Below, piece after piece: positions 60,182-64,000 of a stretch of 64,000 bases of DNA (positions are counted from its first letter, which is position 1; the number at the start of each line of letters is the position of its first letter). A program made the position numbers and the translations under genes. The notes below the pieces were generated by a model. That model saw only the letters and a list, made by a program, of their open reading frames with translations. It was not told the DNA's origin and did not search any database. This stretch comes from Chloroflexota bacterium (GTDB taxonomy: Bacteria; Chloroflexota; Dormibacteria; CF-121), in NCBI GenBank assembly GCA_005880615.1, contig VBID01000114.1, forward strand, positions 471 to 64,470. The letters are read 5' to 3'.

Positions 60182-62874
60182 GGGCGGTGAGGCTGACCCA
60201 GCTGATCAGCCGGCTGCCCGGCTTGCCCTCCCTTCGTATCCGGACCCAGATCATTGCCCCCTTCCTACTATTGATGGTGATCCTGGGAATCGTGGGGACC
60301 TATCTCACCACCAGCCTGGTGGCCAGTTCGCTGGAGCAACGGATCGCCGGCCAGCTGGTCCAAGCGCAGGACGCGGCCTTGGATGGCGCGGCCAACCTTC
60401 AGGCCCGCCAGGTGGCCGCTATCCGGCTGGTCGCCAACACGGAGGGGGTCGACGCGGCGATCCTCCGGGCTGATCAACCCGCCCTGAAACAGCTGGTCGT
60501 GCCAATCGAGGTCAACAACCGGTTGGGAAGCGTGAAGATCTTCGATGTCCAGGGCCGCACGCTGCTCGAGATCGAGCAACCGAACCCGGCCAACCCGGGT
60601 GGCCTCACCTTCCAGAGCGGCACCGACCTGTCCGCAGAGCCGCTGATCGCCCAGGTGCTGCATGGGAACTACGACGCCCTGGGCGACAAGTGGGTGGGGT
60701 ACGCGGGCAGCCCGCCCTCGACCCTGGCGGCCGCCGGACCGGTCCTCAGCCACGACCAGGTGGTGGGTGGCATCTTGCTGGAGACCCCCCTGTCCTGGGC
60801 GCTGGCCGAGATGCGGAGCAAAGCCATGGCCGACGTGGTGCTGCTCGATCAAAACGGGCAGCTGCTCGGGTCCACCCTCCCCGGCGTGGGCAAAGACGTG
60901 CTGGACGAGCGCACCCGCTCCTACCTGGGCCTGGCGTCGCCCGGCCGGGCCGCTCGCCGCACCCTCGATGTGGGCCAGCACCCCTATGAGTTCCAGTTTT
61001 CGTTGTTCTACCTGCGGCAGCGCCCGGTGGGCTTCCTGGCTGTCGCCCTCTCACGCCAGACCGTGGTGGACGCGGGCGTCCGCTCAGCCCTGCAGATGAC
61101 CATCCTCTTCACCGCCGTGGTGCTGCTCCTGCTCATCATCGGGTACATCCTGGCACTTCGGATCACGCGCCCCATCGACGACCTGGTGGCCGGCACCGCG
61201 GCCGTGGCCCGCGGCGAGCTCGGCCGCCGTCTGCAGGTCCGACGGCGGGATGAACTGGGACATCTGGCCGACTCCTTCAATGCCATGACCGAGGACCTGC
61301 AGGAGCGGACACGCGACCTGCACGAGCAGATGGGCCGCCTGGCTGCCCTACATCAGACCCGCGTGGGATTGGGACGCCGGGGGGAACCCGCGGAGATGGC
61401 CGAGGCCATTCTGGGGGTTAGCCTCAAGGCCCTGGGGATCGAAACCGCACTCCTCCTGTCCCGCAACCGGGAGACTCAGCGGGTTGAGCCCCGTGCGTTG
61501 GTGGGTTTTGGGGCAGACTCGGCCGACCTGCTGCACCGCTTCGAGCAGGTCGACCTGGCGGAAGGGTTCGATCTGGAACGTGAGACCGACATCGAGACCG
61601 TCGAGGACCCCTCACTGGACGGCCGACCCGCCCTGCGGCTCTTCGGTCAGGCGGCCGGAGTCGACCGCGCCCTGGTGGTGCCCCTCTCCGGCGGCGCCGA
61701 GACGGCCGGCTACCTGCTGCTGGGGGCGCCGGCCGGGTACGTGCCGACCCAGCAGGACGTTGAGGTGCTGCAAACCATCGCCACCGAGGTGGCCCTCATG
61801 GTCGAGAACATCGACCTGCAGCACAAGACCGAGGTGCAGGCCCGCCGGCTCGACCAGGCGATCATCGCCCTGGAGAAGATCTCCCAGGCGCTCACCACGG
61901 TGACGGTTGGCGCGGACAACCTGCTGCGGGCCGTGGCCCGGGCCACCATGGAGATCCTCGAGGTGCCCTACGCCTCCATCCACCTGACCAAACCCGAGTG
62001 GCGCGACCGGTTCGCCGACGTGGCCGTCGGGCCGGTCTCGCGCAGCGAAATGCATGCGGTGCGGGTCAGCGCGGGCGCCCTGTCGCGCCGGATGGCCGGT
62101 TCGGACTCGCTGGTCGAGCTCGACCTGGCTAGTGAGCCTCGTCTGCCGCAGCGTCTGCTGGAAAAGGTGGGACTGCGGCGGGGGGTGGGGGTCTCGATGA
62201 CTCTGGGCGGGGCGGTCGTCGGGACGCTGGCCATTCATATGCGGGAGCCGCGTACCCTGGAGCAGAGCGAGCTGCGGGTGCTCCAGACTCTCGCCAACCA
62301 GGCGGTCATTGCCATCGAGAACGCCTTCTTGTTCGAAGAGACCCGTCACCTGGCCATGACGGACGGGCTGACCGGGGTGGCCAACCATCGTGGCTTTGAG
62401 GCCCGGCTGGAGCGCGAGCTGCAGCGGGCTCGCCGGTCGCGCGAACGGCTGGCCCTGGTGCTCTGCGACCTCGACCATTTCAAGGACATCAACGACACCA
62501 TCGGTCACCTGGCGGGCGACGCGGTACTACGCTACCTCGCCGAACAGGTCCTCACTCCCGAGGTCCGGCCCAAGGACCTGGTCGCCCGCTATGGGGGGGA
62601 TGAGTTCGTGCTGGTTCTCCCAGGGGCAGACGCCCGGGTCGCGGCCGGCGTCGCCGAGCGAATCCGGCAGGCGGCTATGCGGCCGCTGGTCTTCGAGGGC
62701 CGGGTCATCTCGAACCTCTCCATGAGCCTCGGGATCGCCAGCTTTCCGAAAGACGGCGACACGCGCGAAGCCTTGGTGCAGGCGGCCGACCGGGCGCTGT
62801 ACCTGGCCAAGCGCGAGGGGCGCAACCGCATTGCCCGTGCCGATGAGCCCGCCTCGCACGAACGCGCGAGCTAA
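60178..62874 (+). CDS. Sensor diguanylate cyclase (TM, Cache-like, TM, HAMP, GAF, GAF, GGDEF)
   Basis: TDGLTGVAN, DLDHFKDINDTIGH, RPKD I-site, RYGGDEF, ADRALYLAK; GTG at 60178. Confidence 0.93.
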   Translation: MRAVRLTQLISRLPGLPSLRIRTQIIAPFLLLMVILGIVGTYLTTSLVASSLEQRIAGQLVQAQDAALDGAANLQARQVAAIRLVANTEGVDAAILRADQPALKQLVVPIEVNNRLGSVKIFDVQGRTLLEIEQPNPANPGGLTFQSGTDLSAEPLIAQVLHGNYDALGDKWVGYAGSPPSTLAAAGPVLSHDQVVGGILLETPLSWALAEMRSKAMADVVLLDQNGQLLGSTLPGVGKDVLDERTRSYLGLASPGRAARRTLDVGQHPYEFQFSLFYLRQRPVGFLAVALSRQTVVDAGVRSALQMTILFTAVVLLLLIIGYILALRITRPIDDLVAGTAAVARGELGRRLQVRRRDELGHLADSFNAMTEDLQERTRDLHEQMGRLAALHQTRVGLGRRGEPAEMAEAILGVSLKALGIETALLLSRNRETQRVEPRALVGFGADSADLLHRFEQVDLAEGFDLERETDIETVEDPSLDGRPALRLFGQAAGVDRALVVPLSGGAETAGYLLLGAPAGYVPTQQDVEVLQTIATEVALMVENIDLQHKTEVQARRLDQAIIALEKISQALTTVTVGADNLLRAVARATMEILEVPYASIHLTKPEWRDRFADVAVGPVSRSEMHAVRVSAGALSRRMAGSDSLVELDLASEPRLPQRLLEKVGLRRGVGVSMTLGGAVVGTLAIHMREPRTLEQSELRVLQTLANQAVIAIENAFLFEETRHLAMTDGLTGVANHRGFEARLERELQRARRSRERLALVLCDLDHFKDINDTIGHLAGDAVLRYLAEQVLTPEVRPKDLVARYGGDEFVLVLPGADARVAAGVAERIRQAAMRPLVFEGRVISNLSMSLGIASFPKDGDTREALVQAADRALYLAKREGRNRIARADEPASHERAS

Positions 62875-62921
62875 ACCCCGAATCTACGGGGCTAAACCCC
62901 CTTGCTAAGCTTTGGCGAATC

Positions 62922-64000
62922 ATGGCGCCAGTTGCGCAGCGTCCGCGCGGAACGCAGGACATCCTACCGGCGGAGCAACTGTACTGGCAGGAGATGACCG
63001 GCGCCGGCGACGCCATCGCCACCGCCCGCGGATATCAACGTATCGATACGCCGATTTTCGAAGCCACCGCGCTCTTTGTCCGAAGTGCCGGCGAGACGTC
63101 CGACGTGGTGACCAAGGAGATGTACACGTTTCCCGATCGCGGTGGGCGATCGATGACCCTTCGGCCCGAGGGGACCGCTCCCGTGGTCCGCGCCTACTTT
63201 GATGCCGGTCTCGACCGGGAACGCCAGCCGGTGCGCCTCTACTACATCGGGCCGTTCTTCCGGTACGACCGGCCACAAGCCGGCCGTCACCGACAGTTCC
63301 ATCAATTCGGGGTGGAGGTCATTGGGGACGCCGCCCCCAGCCTCGATGTCGAGGTCATCGCCCTCGGCTGGCGCTGGTTCGCGTCGTTGAAGCTCTCGGG
63401 CGTCAGTCTGCAGGTGAACAGCATCGGGGACGGCGCCTGTCGCCCCCGGTATCGCGACGCGCTCCGCGACTATTACCGCCCCTACCTGGATGCCCTGTCG
63501 GAGCAGGATCGAAGCCGCTTCGAGCGAAACCCGCTCCGCCTGCTCGATTCCAAGGATCCCGACGCCGTGGCGCTCCAGGCCAGCGCCCCCAGGACTCTCG
63601 ACTTCCTGTGCGACGCCTGCCGCCAGGCGTTTGAGCAGGTGGAACGCGGCCTCCAGCAAGGTGGTATTCCCTACGTCGTGAATCCACGGTTGGTTCGGGG
63701 GCTCGATTACTACACCAGGACGGCCTTCGAGTTCTGGCACGAAAGCCTTCTTGGCGCGCAAAACTCGTTGGGTGGCGGTGGTCGCTACGACGGTCTGGCG
63801 GCCGACCTCGGCTACCGGGATACCCCTGGGGTTGGCTTTGCCCTGGGCCTAGACCGCACGGCGACGATCCTGAAGGCTGCGGACATCGGTCCTGCCATTT
63901 ACGCGGTTGCGGTTGACGAGTCCGCGTCGCGGCTCATGCAGGAACTCGCGGAAGAATTGCGCCGGCGGGGCCTGGCCGTGATTGTCGATGTCTCGTCGGG
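62922..64000 (+). CDS. hisS: Histidine-tRNA ligase (partial, runs off the window)
   Basis: RPRGTQD, TPIFE, KEMYTF, LRPEGTA, FRYDRPQAGR, LVRGLDYY, GGGRYDGL. Confidence 0.97.
   Translation, partial: MAPVAQRPRGTQDILPAEQLYWQEMTGAGDAIATARGYQRIDTPIFEATALFVRSAGETSDVVTKEMYTFPDRGGRSMTLRPEGTAPVVRAYFDAGLDRERQPVRLYYIGPFFRYDRPQAGRHRQFHQFGVEVIGDAAPSLDVEVIALGWRWFASLKLSGVSLQVNSIGDGACRPRYRDALRDYYRPYLDALSEQDRSRFERNPLRLLDSKDPDAVALQASAPRTLDFLCDACRQAFEQVERGLQQGGIPYVVNPRLVRGLDYYTRTAFEFWHESLLGAQNSLGGGGRYDGLAADLGYRDTPGVGFALGLDRTATILKAADIGPAIYAVAVDESASRLMQELAEELRRRGLAVIVDVSS

Overview
Very GC-rich (about 70% by eye) bacterial chromosome segment dominated by conserved housekeeping blocks in a Firmicutes/Chloroflexota-like order: rpmB-yloU-yloV-DegV-recG-rsmD-coaD; rpmF-fabD-fabG-acpP-rnc-smc-ftsY; ylxM-ffh-rpsP-khpA-rimM-trmD-rplS-rnhB-yraN; yifB-dprA-topA; rpsB-tsf-pyrH-frr-uppS-cdsA-dxr-rseP-ispG; proS-rel-hisS. 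There is one tRNA-Leu(GAG). The content suggests a monoderm Terrabacteria lineage such as Ca. Dormibacterota or Chloroflexota (inference only). No rRNA, CRISPR array, integrase or transposase was seen. Highlights: (1) two paralogous two-gene c-di-GMP modules, an HD-GYP phosphodiesterase and a GGDEF cyclase with homologous extracytoplasmic sensors, each translationally coupled to a membrane-anchored Pro/Thr-stalk protein that carries a shared short motif; (2) a ~177-bp MITE family (4 full copies plus several remnants) whose ends mostly coincide with stop codons, one copy of which splits an overlapping start codon yet appears to be rescued by a new ATGA coupling; (3) a tandem pair of unannotated 46/48-aa paralogous microproteins beside an orphan Flp pilin, with GTnAC-N6-GTnAC boxes; (4) a truncated ECF sigma joined out of frame to an anti-sigma-like gene; (5) a structured, SD-occluding leader on a lytic transglycosylase gene; (6) an alternating purine-pyrimidine tract in dprA; (7) frequent leaderless/short-leader starts and likely non-AUG starts. 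All calls were made by eye from the sequence and ORF track; no database searches were run.
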